Shown here piece by piece: positions 7,354 through 16,096 of a stretch of 38,639 nt of DNA. This stretch comes from a virus. Taxonomy: Duplodnaviria; Caudoviricetes. Positions within the stretch are counted from its first letter, which is position 1; each line of letters begins with the position of its first letter. Position numbers and translations under genes: made by a program. Where the stretch lies: the IMG/VR virus record IMGVR_UViG_3300005573_000172, positions 1-38,639 of that record. One strand, written 5' to 3'. The notes under the pieces were generated by a model. The model had not been told where the DNA came from. It saw only the letters and a program-made list of their open reading frames with translations, and did not search any database.

Positions 7354-9957
7354 CTAGTATCGACTCAGCCCGGTGCGTTGTATCTCAAACTTATCAACCT
7401 GCATATACTTTCCTGCCGTCGTGTCTGTGGCAATCATGACTGCCGGAGTAAGTGCGGCTGTAGGAACATTTGTGTTGATTGTGGTTTCACTGCTACATGC
7501 GTTCAGACAGAACGCCCACGTTCCGGTTGCTGTTCCTCTCATACGAACCCGGTAGTAGGTCATTGTTGCTGGAGTTACCCCGGATGAGGTGGTCGTGCAT
7601 GTGCCAGAAGCGCAGGTCTGATACATGAATGCGGTATCCCCAGCGTTTGTGTCGAATCGCAATCCGACGAAGTTGGACGGCGTGATCGTGTTGGCCTGAT
7701 CGGCTAACCCGACCCTGATTCGTATGTTTGTGTTGGAGTACTCAAGCGCGAATATGTACTCAACCTGCCATAAATAATTCGTGTTTGGATTCGCTATTTG
7801 CCCAGTAGGGTACTCGTAGAAACCGGTACCCTGTCCCACTGAAGACCCGGTTCCAAGCCGCGCTGTGCATATATTCTTGGCGTCTCCTGTGTTTGCGGCA
7901 GCGATGGCAGACCCTCCTCCAATTCCTGCGGTTCCCCATCTGGTCTGTGTTCCAATAGCGACCGCAGCGTCCGTGGTTCCACAAAACTCCTCTACCTCGT
8001 GGAACACGGTATGATCGAAATAACTTACCCCTCCCCCGCTTCCGCACGCCGCGCTGGTTCCATTCACCAGCACGCAATTCGTATCGCTGCCGCTAACGGC
8101 AACCACATTACCACTTGAATCCGCAGCGAGAGCCTTCGACGCTGCATAACCCGAACCCTTGAATGGCACAGAGGCGCTGTCGACGATAAACTGATTGCCG
8201 GTCTGGGTAAGTCCCGTGCCGGCGGAGTAAACCGAATTGGATTGGAACGCGCGATAATCCAGCCCGCCACCGGAGTCCCAAGCTCCGCTCACCGCGTCGA
8301 TGCGCCAGAGCGGAATCACGTCCGCTGGCCATGTGGTCACCCCACTCACCGCAGTACAATGCGAGTCACAGGCCAGAGTGACGTTGTGCCCTACCGTCAG
8401 CACGCCGGCAGACGTGACATAGACATACGCCGTCCCAGTCCCCGACGTGAGCGTCACTACCGCGCTCGCCGTGATTCTGGTGGTGGTCGAGCCAAAGCGG
8501 ATATTGCACGGCGTACTGGCCGAGCACGCCGGGCCAATCGTCAACTGGGTAGCGCTATCCCTCCGGACCGTCAAATCGCCCAGTGCGGATGCCATCGTGG
8601 CGCCGGAACCGGACACGGTTCCGGGTTGCCACTGGCTGTTCGACGCGCTCCACACAAGGGCCTGCGCATCGCTCGGGGCAGTGCTGGCGACGGCCCGGCC
8701 CTGGAGCTTGCCGACCGTCGTGCTCGCAATGTCACCTGTCACGTCCCCGCCCAGGGTGTGGGTGTGCGACGTGGCGGCCTTCCCGTTCAACTGGGTCTGA
8801 ATGTCGCTCACGACATTGGCGAGATAGCCGAAGACCGTGTTGCTGACCGTCCCGCTACCAATCTTCGTCGCATCCACCCCGGAGGCGATCTGGCTGTTGG
8901 CCACCGTTCCGGAGATCTGGCTGAAGGAGTAGTCTCCGGTCTGGGCGACTACCGCGCCGGTCCGGCCAAACACGCTGGTAACCGCCCCGGAGCCGCCGCA
9001 GGCAGCACTTGTCCCGTTGACGAGCACACAGTCTGTGGCATTACCGGATACTGCAACCAGGTCCCCGTTGGCGTTCGTTGCGATGGCCTTGGAGGCCGCG
9101 TAGCCTGCGCCCTTGAAGGGCACGGAGGCGCTGTCCACGGTGATCTGGTCCCCGGTCATCGACAGGCCCACGCCGGTCGTAATGACCCGGTTGGCGAGGA
9201 ATGCCCGGAAGTCCAGCCCGCCGCCAGTGTCCCAAGCTCCGCTCACCGCGTCGATGCGCCAGAGCGGAATCACGTCCGCCGGCCACGTGGTTACCCCGCT
9301 GACCGCAGTACAATGCGAGTCACAGGCCAGAGTGACGTTGTGCCCTACCGTCAGCACGCCGGCAGACGTGACATAGACATACGCCGTCCCGGTCCCCGAC
9401 GTGAGCGTCACTACCGCGTTTGTCGTGATTCGGGTAGTCGTCGAGCCAAAGCGGATATTGCAGGGTTTGGCGGTTGAGCAGGCCGGGCCAATCGTCAGTT
9501 GAGTGGCACTATCCCTTCGCACTATCAAATCGCCCAGTGCAGCCGCCATCGGGCTTCCGATGTTGCTCTCAATTGCCTTGATCTCTGCGGCAAGCTGGTT
9601 GTGATGCCAGGCGACTATATTACCGCGCACCTGTGCGCCGTTGCTGTGCGTAGCGGCTGTTGTGCCTCCGAAGCCTCGGCCACCAGAGCAGACGTTCAGG
9701 GTGTTCGCGTTCACCGAGCAGATCAGAATCTGCTCCTGATCGATCGTCACTACTTCATATCCGGTGAACTTGGTTCCATCGGCAACAGGAATCGCGGTAT
9801 CTCCGGCCCCGATTCCAGCCGTGAGCGTCGACGACGACAGATCCTTGCCCACCAGAAGATCCTGATCAGTTGCGACCGACGTGGGGAATTTCGCCGTGTT
9901 CGGGTTCTGGGCCAAAGCGCAGAGAGAGAAGCCGATCAAAAATGCAAGTGTGCGCAT
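7354..9957 (-). CDS. Fibre-like protein with signal peptide, internal duplication and paired cysteines (867 aa)
   Basis: MRTLAFLIGFSLCALA|Q leader; RGFGGTTAATH..GA.V and HHNQLAAEIKAIE..IG virion-fibre motifs; VTSVFGRTGAV fibre repeat; C-terminal beta-sandwich-like domain. Confidence 0.85.
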   Translation of the reverse strand: MRTLAFLIGFSLCALAQNPNTAKFPTSVATDQDLLVGKDLSSSTLTAGIGAGDTAIPVADGTKFTGYEVVTIDQEQILICSVNANTLNVCSGGRGFGGTTAATHSNGAQVRGNIVAWHHNQLAAEIKAIESNIGSPMAAALGDLIVRRDSATQLTIGPACSTAKPCNIRFGSTTTRITTNAVVTLTSGTGTAYVYVTSAGVLTVGHNVTLACDSHCTAVSGVTTWPADVIPLWRIDAVSGAWDTGGGLDFRAFLANRVITTGVGLSMTGDQITVDSASVPFKGAGYAASKAIATNANGDLVAVSGNATDCVLVNGTSAACGGSGAVTSVFGRTGAVVAQTGDYSFSQISGTVANSQIASGVDATKIGSGTVSNTVFGYLANVVSDIQTQLNGKAATSHTHTLGGDVTGDIASTTVGKLQGRAVASTAPSDAQALVWSASNSQWQPGTVSGSGATMASALGDLTVRRDSATQLTIGPACSASTPCNIRFGSTTTRITASAVVTLTSGTGTAYVYVTSAGVLTVGHNVTLACDSHCTAVSGVTTWPADVIPLWRIDAVSGAWDSGGGLDYRAFQSNSVYSAGTGLTQTGNQFIVDSASVPFKGSGYAASKALAADSSGNVVAVSGSDTNCVLVNGTSAACGSGGGVSYFDHTVFHEVEEFCGTTDAAVAIGTQTRWGTAGIGGGSAIAAANTGDAKNICTARLGTGSSVGQGTGFYEYPTGQIANPNTNYLWQVEYIFALEYSNTNIRIRVGLADQANTITPSNFVGLRFDTNAGDTAFMYQTCASGTCTTTSSGVTPATMTYYRVRMRGTATGTWAFCLNACSSETTINTNVPTAALTPAVMIATDTTAGKYMQVDKFEIQRTGLSRY
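8042..9540. repeat. Intragenic direct repeat: ~545-bp units at 8042..8586 and 8996..9540
   Basis: Constant 954-bp offset; 89 bp identical (8348..8436 = 9302..9390); other differences mostly synonymous. Confidence 0.93.
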
Positions 9958-10340
9958 CAGTCCTCCGTCACCGTCAGTTGCCCGGTTGGAAATTTGATCT
10001 GATCACCAGAGTTTACTTGCTTGCTGGCCGTGAGGTTTCCAAAGTAGAGCAAGTTTCCGGCTGTCAGCGCGTCGTACAGTCCGAAACCGACTACCGTCCC
10101 CCAGTTCGCTGTTGCCTGCGGGAACGTAACATCCGCGCTGTTGGTCATGCTTCCGGAGCTTGGCGCGCCGAAAGTCACCGCAGTGCGCGCGTAACTGCCT
10201 CCCGACACCTCAACTCCGCCGGATCCGTTGTCGGCTGGCAGCGTGGTGAATAGTGCGACGTATACGTTCGCTACGGCAAGCGAAACGTTCCTCAGCGTGT
10301 TGAGTACGAGATTCTCGTAATAGTCGCTCTTGCCGGCCAT
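9957..10340 (-). CDS. Conserved virion protein found next to fibre genes (127 aa)
   Basis: SDYYEN..LN...YVALFT..P...G.EVSGGSYAR..V.F...N...V.FP.AT..WG.V..FG.YDA.T.GN.L pattern. Confidence 0.8.
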   Translation of the reverse strand: MAGKSDYYENLVLNTLRNVSLAVANVYVALFTTLPADNGSGGVEVSGGSYARTAVTFGAPSSGSMTNSADVTFPQATANWGTVVGFGLYDALTAGNLLYFGNLTASKQVNSGDQIKFPTGQLTVTED

Positions 10341-10341
10341 C

Positions 10342-10620
10342 TCAGTTTGTCCTTACGATCGGACGCGTCAGGCGCTCGAGTTCTGCGTGCTTTTCCTGAA
10401 TCGCGCGCTGGGCCGCTTGCATTTCCGGCGTCGGGTCCTGCTGAAGGTGCTGCGCGAAATTCGCGCTCAAGATCTGAGCCACCAGGTCAGCCAGCGTTGG
10501 AAACATAGGCTCGATGATAGTTACTCCATCCTCCCGCACCACCGGAGGCTTGGTCATCCGCGCGCAGACGCGCTTCAGCCGTTCTGCCACGGCGTCATCA
10601 ATTTCGATCGTGATCGTCAT
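10342..10620 (-). CDS. Hypothetical protein, possible fibre/tail-tip chaperone
   Basis: Directly follows the tail-tip gene; helical; AGGA-type RBS. Confidence 0.65.
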   Translation of the reverse strand: MTITIEIDDAVAERLKRVCARMTKPPVVREDGVTIIEPMFPTLADLVAQILSANFAQHLQQDPTPEMQAAQRAIQEKHAELERLTRPIVRTN

Positions 10621-10635
10621 GCTTCTCTTTCCTCT

Positions 10636-13600
10636 CTATGTCTTGCCGGTGTACACTCCACCGTAGAACCACAAGTACCCGGTAGACTGATCTGGCTTCA
10701 GATAGGGAACAGATTCGGTTGCGCCGTACCGCCATGCGCCGCTGTAGTAGGTATTGAACCCTGCTCCGCCTACCCCGTAGCTGGGACAACTTACTCCGTG
10801 GCCGACGAATGCGGAACTGGAATCGATTGCCTGAATGCTGTTAACCTTTAATTCCCGGACGAAATTGGCTCCTCCAGCGGTGATATGGCCTCTCCAGTAC
10901 CCGCTGCCGTAGTAGTCTCCAAACAGTTCGATTCCAGAAGTTCCCGACACATCGCTCAGAGTAATCGCACCGCCATTCCCAGATCCGAGGCACCTCAGCG
11001 AAATGCTTGACCCAGAACCGTTGCTCCGCATGTATATTTGCGGAGCGTAGCCCGAAATTCCAATGTTCACGCGGTTGCTCGACGCATCATATACCTGAAG
11101 CCCGGCTGGCCACCCGTCTGGACTGCCGTTGTCGATCTTGGTGGTGATTCCGTTTGTCGCGAGCGTGAATGTGGCGCCGCCGATGGAGACGTTCCCGCTC
11201 GAGTCTGCGATGAGCTTCGCATCCGCGGCGCTGGTTCCACCCACACGGAATTGCTTGAACCAGGCGCCTTCGTAGCCGCTCTCGACTCCGATAAATCCGA
11301 TCTGTTGCCCCGACGCATTGTACACAGCGAATTTGCCAGGCTTTCCGCCTCCACCACCCACGTTGATAACCGTCGCGTCCAGCTTCGCACTGGATACCGA
11401 CCCGGCGGAGATTTCATTGGCGGCAACCGCATTCGCTGCGATCTTTCCGGCGATAACCGCGTTCGCCGCGATCAGATCCGACGTGATGGCCAGCGCCTGT
11501 ATTTTCGGAGTGCTGATCGAATTGTTGGCGATCTTCGTCTCGGTGATCGCGCCAGTGTTGATCTTTATCTCCGTTACGCCCGACGGGGAGATGTCGAACA
11601 CTCCGCCGACGTTCGCAAAGGTTGCGGCGACCGAAGCGCCCAGGAACTTCCGCAAATCGAGCTGCCCCGCCGCGCTGCCCACGATAATATCTTGATGCGG
11701 TGTTACCGACCACAGCGGGATATTGGCTCTGTTATTGACATCGAAGCTGACAGCATAGACGCTGTATGTCTGAGCGAATGCCTTCGCGGACAGCTCGAAC
11801 GTAACCGGAGACTTCTGCGTGCTCGCGCGAGTGGTGAAAGTATATCCTCCATCCTCGCTCACCCGAAGTTCAACGCCGCCCCATGTCGGATCTGACGGCG
11901 GCGTGAATGAGCTGGTGATGAGCGCGACGTAGGTTCCATCAGCGGTGGCGGGATACGAAACGGAGACGGAGAACCCGGTCACATTTGATGTGTACTCGGA
12001 GCCCGCCGGTCCGAGCTGTGGAGATGGCAGGACCACCGTGGACGATGGAGTTATTCCGGCCTGATAAGTGTTACGCCGGTTGTTGGTGTCGACGCTGAGC
12101 GCGTAGAATGTGACGCTGGAGGCCGTCGATGGGAAATAGGACGTCTCCCATTTCAGCGACGTTCCGCGCTCAAGCCCCGTGAGTTGAAACGTGTTACCGT
12201 CGTACCAATCAACGAATATCACTACTCCGCCAAAGCGGACGTCGGCCGGGTTTGTCCAGGAGAGATTCACCCGCAGGACCTTCTGCCCGTCGGCATTCAC
12301 CGCGTAGGCCGGCGTGGCAACCACAGCGCTGAATCCGGTAACTACCTCGCAATATTCTTTTCCGGTGGTTCCACCGAGGCGAGAGATTGTTACCTCTGCC
12401 ATCGGAGTTGTGCCGGGCACGATGGCCGCCACCGTTCCATCGCCGAAAATTGGAGTGGCGTAGATCTGAACGACCTTCGTGGCCTCGGGCAATGGCCAGG
12501 CGTCGGTGCGGAACGTGGTGGCGCCTTCGCCCTCGTCGGCGAGCGGAATATCCTGCGCTCCCCACCCTCGCATGATGATGCGAACCCCCTTGTAGCGAGG
12601 AATGGGCGCATTGGTCCAGGAGCCGACGAGGCGGAACATCTGATCGCCGCTCTCGGTGGTCTCGATCACGACAGAAGCAGAGAAGCCGGAGACATAATCT
12701 GACTTCGCGAGCGTCTGGAGATCGACAGCGACCCCGGCGGGATTACCGTTCACGTCAGTGTTTGGAGTTCCGAATCGGTTCAGGCTTACAGCGATGATTG
12801 ACCATGTCTCGGGCGGATCGGGCACGCTTTCGGGTGCAATCGCGATAGTGTCGTAATGAAACCTCGCGTCGCCCGATTGATCGAACATTGTCGAGTCAAT
12901 CGTGTCGGTGGCCTTCGCGTACTTGAAGCCAGAACCGTCGGGAGATTTGATCCAGATCTGTACTCCGCCCCAATTCGACGTGTCGGACGGCAGCATGCAC
13001 GCCCAGTCGATCAGCATCATCTGCCGGCGACTGTCCCAGTACATGGTGGAATCGAACGTGCCATCGCCGTTCGATTTGCCTGCCTTGAACATCACGACAT
13101 TGGGGGCCGACTCGAAGTAGGGTTCTCCGGGCACGGGCTCGGCGACCACATCCGCCGGCTTTGGGCCGATCGCGAGATCGTACATTGAGTCCGTGGTCGT
13201 GCGGCCTTGGATGTCGATCGAGTAGTCCTTGTTCAGGCGCCAGGAAGTGACGCGGAACTCGCCACTGCCGCCGGGCATGTCCGGGTGCGTCATCGAGCAG
13301 ACCATGCCGGGTTCGGTATTCAGCGCCAGCGCAGTCGTCTTGAATGATATCTGGCGCGCCGCCTTCCATTCGGCCGGCGTGATACCGCCGAGCTCCTCGC
13401 GCAGGCGTACGGTAATAATGCGGGCTGCCTGAGATTTGGAGGCCGTACCCGATAGATTGACGGTGGACTTCAGAAATAGCGGCCCGGCGCCGCCACCCAG
13501 AAGCGCGGCGTGGTCGATGTCGTAGAGCGAGATCGAGTTCGCTACGAAGTCGAAATCCTCATCGGCGAAGTTGGCCGTCAGATGGTTGAACGAGGGTTTC

Positions 13601-15492
13601 AGCGTCGCAAGCTCGAGGCTGCGGAAGAGGATGTTGCCCTCGGTGAAGGCTTCGACCGAGGACGAGTTGATGCGGATACCAAGCTTCAGTTTGCCATTCG
13701 CGAACGTGTAATAGCCCAGGCAGTTCATCAGCACTTCCTGGAGCCAGTCGCGAAGGGGTTTCTCCTCTTGAAGCACGCCGCGAAACTTGAACTGGGTCTC
13801 GGTGCCCGTGCCGACGAGCTTGGTAACCTGCTGGTCGCAGATCGCCGAGGCCATCGTAATCGCGCTATCGACGTCGAAATACTGCTCACAGGTTGCCGCA
13901 TCCGCGAATTGCAAGCCGCGCGCGCGGAGCAGCATATTGACCGCAATCCAGATCGGATTGATCAGCGCGCCCCATGTACGCACCCCGGGAGCGCTCCACA
14001 TCCAGCCGCTCATGCCCACCGACACCACTGCCTGCATCTGATGCTCGGTGAGCCGGGAAGGCTGAAAGCCCTTCGCGTCGGTACGGCGAATCTCGATGAA
14101 GGCGGTCCCCGCAGCGCGTTCCGGTCCCCACACCTGGGGCGTCCCCTCGCCCAGGGAAAACGAGTCCGGGTTGGGGTCATTGCCTAGGCTTGTGCGCAGA
14201 CCCAGATCGCCCGGCCCGTGATTGGGCTGGTTATCTAGCAGGTGACCCGACCCGTACGATCCGAGCGGGCCTGCACCCACAATGCCCAGCGCATCGTAGA
14301 ATTCGCTCTCCTCGCGGCCGGCGGCAATCTTGCAGTTCACCGGCATGGGCGAGTCAGTGTAGATCTCCGGCAGAACCTGATCGTAAATCGAGTCGGCCAC
14401 GAGCGAGACGCTTGTGATTGGAGAGCGCCCGAAACCCCAGGTGCCAGTGGAATTGTCCTTGATACGCACACCCTGGGGCTGGGCAACGATTCCGCCAAAG
14501 TAATTGTCCATGCCGTGCGTACGGCAGCCGTTGGGCGTATCGAAGCCCTTGTCGCAAGAGGTGTCAGATCCGACGTAGGGGCAAGCTGGCCCCTTGAACT
14601 GCTTCCAGCACGTGCGGGAGATCTTGCGGGTGGGATACGGCAGGTTCAATTCGTACAGGCCGTCGGCGGCGGTGACTTTGAACTCCGGGCCAGCGTCGCA
14701 AGACCAATTGACGAGGTCGCCCTTCCAGAGATCGAGCTTGATGCCGGTTCCGACATGGAAGAGCGAGAGGCTGATCGCCGCGCGGTACAGGTCGACGTCA
14801 TTAGCGAGCGCGCGCATAACGCGGTCTGCGTTGCCGAAGGTGAATTGCGCCTCGTCGGCTTCATTGCCGATGGACTGCGAGATGCCGTCGAACTCGAGCA
14901 GCCGCGCCTGATAGAGTTGGCCGCCAACGGTGCAGCGGCGATCCGAAACGTAGATTGCCGGGTAGCCCGACTCGAGCGGCTGGATGCGGACGAGCGGAAT
15001 GATCTCCTGAACCTGCGAGAGAAGCGCGGTCTGAAGCGCGGTGGGCGGGAAGCGATTCGCTGTCTGGTTGAGCGTGTAGGTGGGCGAGGAGGAGGGAATC
15101 TCGATGAGCGTCACGCCGAGCGAGCAGGCCCAGTCCGCGACCATTTCCCAGGACAGCGGCTCGTTGGCGAAGCGGCAAACGTAGGGCGTGGTCCCGTTAC
15201 CGTCGTCATTCGGCGCGTTGTAAGTGAACGCCCCGTAAGGGCCGTAACTCGTCTCCCAGAAGTTGCACAAGGCAGTGCGGTCGGAATCGCGCAAGAAGGC
15301 CCGGCGCACGGTGAAGCGCTTGGCGCCCGTCCCCAGGAGATAACGCTGCTCAATCTTCGCGTTGCCCGAGCCGAACTGGTGGATCACCACCTCAGGAGCG
15401 CTGGCGCGACCGTACCCGTAATCGGGAACGATGGGAAACGTCCCGCTTGGCGCGATCTCTGAAACCGCAATATTGCCGATGTAGTCAGACAT
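10636..15492 (-). CDS. Tail tip/central fibre protein (gpM-like + gpL-like + gpJ/Tal-like multidomain, 1618 aa)
   Basis: Downstream of TMP and Dit; four-Cys cluster CWKQFKGPAC...SCDK...NGC; FN3-like repeats; IT..KI.A.AI beta-repeats; variable C-terminus. Confidence 0.88.
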   Translation of the reverse strand: MSDYIGNIAVSEIAPSGTFPIVPDYGYGRASAPEVVIHQFGSGNAKIEQRYLLGTGAKRFTVRRAFLRDSDRTALCNFWETSYGPYGAFTYNAPNDDGNGTTPYVCRFANEPLSWEMVADWACSLGVTLIEIPSSSPTYTLNQTANRFPPTALQTALLSQVQEIIPLVRIQPLESGYPAIYVSDRRCTVGGQLYQARLLEFDGISQSIGNEADEAQFTFGNADRVMRALANDVDLYRAAISLSLFHVGTGIKLDLWKGDLVNWSCDAGPEFKVTAADGLYELNLPYPTRKISRTCWKQFKGPACPYVGSDTSCDKGFDTPNGCRTHGMDNYFGGIVAQPQGVRIKDNSTGTWGFGRSPITSVSLVADSIYDQVLPEIYTDSPMPVNCKIAAGREESEFYDALGIVGAGPLGSYGSGHLLDNQPNHGPGDLGLRTSLGNDPNPDSFSLGEGTPQVWGPERAAGTAFIEIRRTDAKGFQPSRLTEHQMQAVVSVGMSGWMWSAPGVRTWGALINPIWIAVNMLLRARGLQFADAATCEQYFDVDSAITMASAICDQQVTKLVGTGTETQFKFRGVLQEEKPLRDWLQEVLMNCLGYYTFANGKLKLGIRINSSSVEAFTEGNILFRSLELATLKPSFNHLTANFADEDFDFVANSISLYDIDHAALLGGGAGPLFLKSTVNLSGTASKSQAARIITVRLREELGGITPAEWKAARQISFKTTALALNTEPGMVCSMTHPDMPGGSGEFRVTSWRLNKDYSIDIQGRTTTDSMYDLAIGPKPADVVAEPVPGEPYFESAPNVVMFKAGKSNGDGTFDSTMYWDSRRQMMLIDWACMLPSDTSNWGGVQIWIKSPDGSGFKYAKATDTIDSTMFDQSGDARFHYDTIAIAPESVPDPPETWSIIAVSLNRFGTPNTDVNGNPAGVAVDLQTLAKSDYVSGFSASVVIETTESGDQMFRLVGSWTNAPIPRYKGVRIIMRGWGAQDIPLADEGEGATTFRTDAWPLPEATKVVQIYATPIFGDGTVAAIVPGTTPMAEVTISRLGGTTGKEYCEVVTGFSAVVATPAYAVNADGQKVLRVNLSWTNPADVRFGGVVIFVDWYDGNTFQLTGLERGTSLKWETSYFPSTASSVTFYALSVDTNNRRNTYQAGITPSSTVVLPSPQLGPAGSEYTSNVTGFSVSVSYPATADGTYVALITSSFTPPSDPTWGGVELRVSEDGGYTFTTRASTQKSPVTFELSAKAFAQTYSVYAVSFDVNNRANIPLWSVTPHQDIIVGSAAGQLDLRKFLGASVAATFANVGGVFDISPSGVTEIKINTGAITETKIANNSISTPKIQALAITSDLIAANAVIAGKIAANAVAANEISAGSVSSAKLDATVINVGGGGGKPGKFAVYNASGQQIGFIGVESGYEGAWFKQFRVGGTSAADAKLIADSSGNVSIGGATFTLATNGITTKIDNGSPDGWPAGLQVYDASSNRVNIGISGYAPQIYMRSNGSGSSISLRCLGSGNGGAITLSDVSGTSGIELFGDYYGSGYWRGHITAGGANFVRELKVNSIQAIDSSSAFVGHGVSCPSYGVGGAGFNTYYSGAWRYGATESVPYLKPDQSTGYLWFYGGVYTGKT

Positions 15493-15893
15493 TAAGCCAA
15501 CTCGATGAGCGCAATCTCTGTGTCGATCCGGCCCGGATTTGCGGCCTGATTCCAGCCGGAATCAAATCGCACGGTATGACGGCCGGTGGTCGCCACGCCG
15601 GTCGGATCCCAGGAGAATTTCGGCGCCGTCTCGTAGGGATCATAGAAGTAGAACGGTTCAGTCGGCCCCTTGCGGGCGTCGTAGAAGTCGCGGAGCGCCG
15701 CGAGCTGCGCCGGCGGGAGCCGCTTGGTGAGCCGCCAGCGCTTGCGGCTGGTTGTCGCCTCGACCGATCGCTGCGACTCTCCGTTGCGATACTCGTTGTC
15801 GAGCACCGGGTATTCGCGCTGATGGGAGAAGGCACGCGACAAGGTCGCCGGCAGCACTGTCAGCGGCACTGCATTCTGCACCGATCCGGGCAT
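15492..15893 (-). CDS. Distal tail protein (lambda gpM/DUF2460-like)
   Basis: NGESQR...RKRW.L....L.DFY.AR.G..EPF.F.DP pattern, just downstream of the TMP. Confidence 0.8.
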   Translation of the reverse strand: MPGSVQNAVPLTVLPATLSRAFSHQREYPVLDNEYRNGESQRSVEATTSRKRWRLTKRLPPAQLAALRDFYDARKGPTEPFYFYDPYETAPKFSWDPTGVATTGRHTVRFDSGWNQAANPGRIDTEIALIELA

Positions 15894-15903
15894 GGTAGAG
15901 CCT

Positions 15904-16086
15904 TCAGCGGATAATGAGGCGCAGCAGTCGGTCCGCAGCTTGGTTCACGTCGGAGGTGCCGCCGATGGCGGTAACAGACAGTGTAAGCCGCTGAATGGTG
16001 ACCGTCTGATTAGGCGCAGTGGTGGTCGCGGTTAGAGTAAATGCCGGATTGCGCCGGAACAGTAACATGCGCTTGCTGGAAGTCAT
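15904..16086 (-). CDS. 60-aa ORF, possibly a collapsed remnant
   Basis: AGGAG RBS; fills the TMP-Dit gap. Confidence 0.5.
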   Translation of the reverse strand: MTSSKRMLLFRRNPAFTLTATTTAPNQTVTIQRLTLSVTAIGGTSDVNQAADRLLRLIIR

Positions 16087-16096
16087 GCTGAAACTC

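Noticed and set aside
8042-9540. Repeat pair as DGR template/variable regions
   Set aside because: No reverse transcriptase in the genome; both copies are coding and mismatches are mostly synonymous, not adenine-specific
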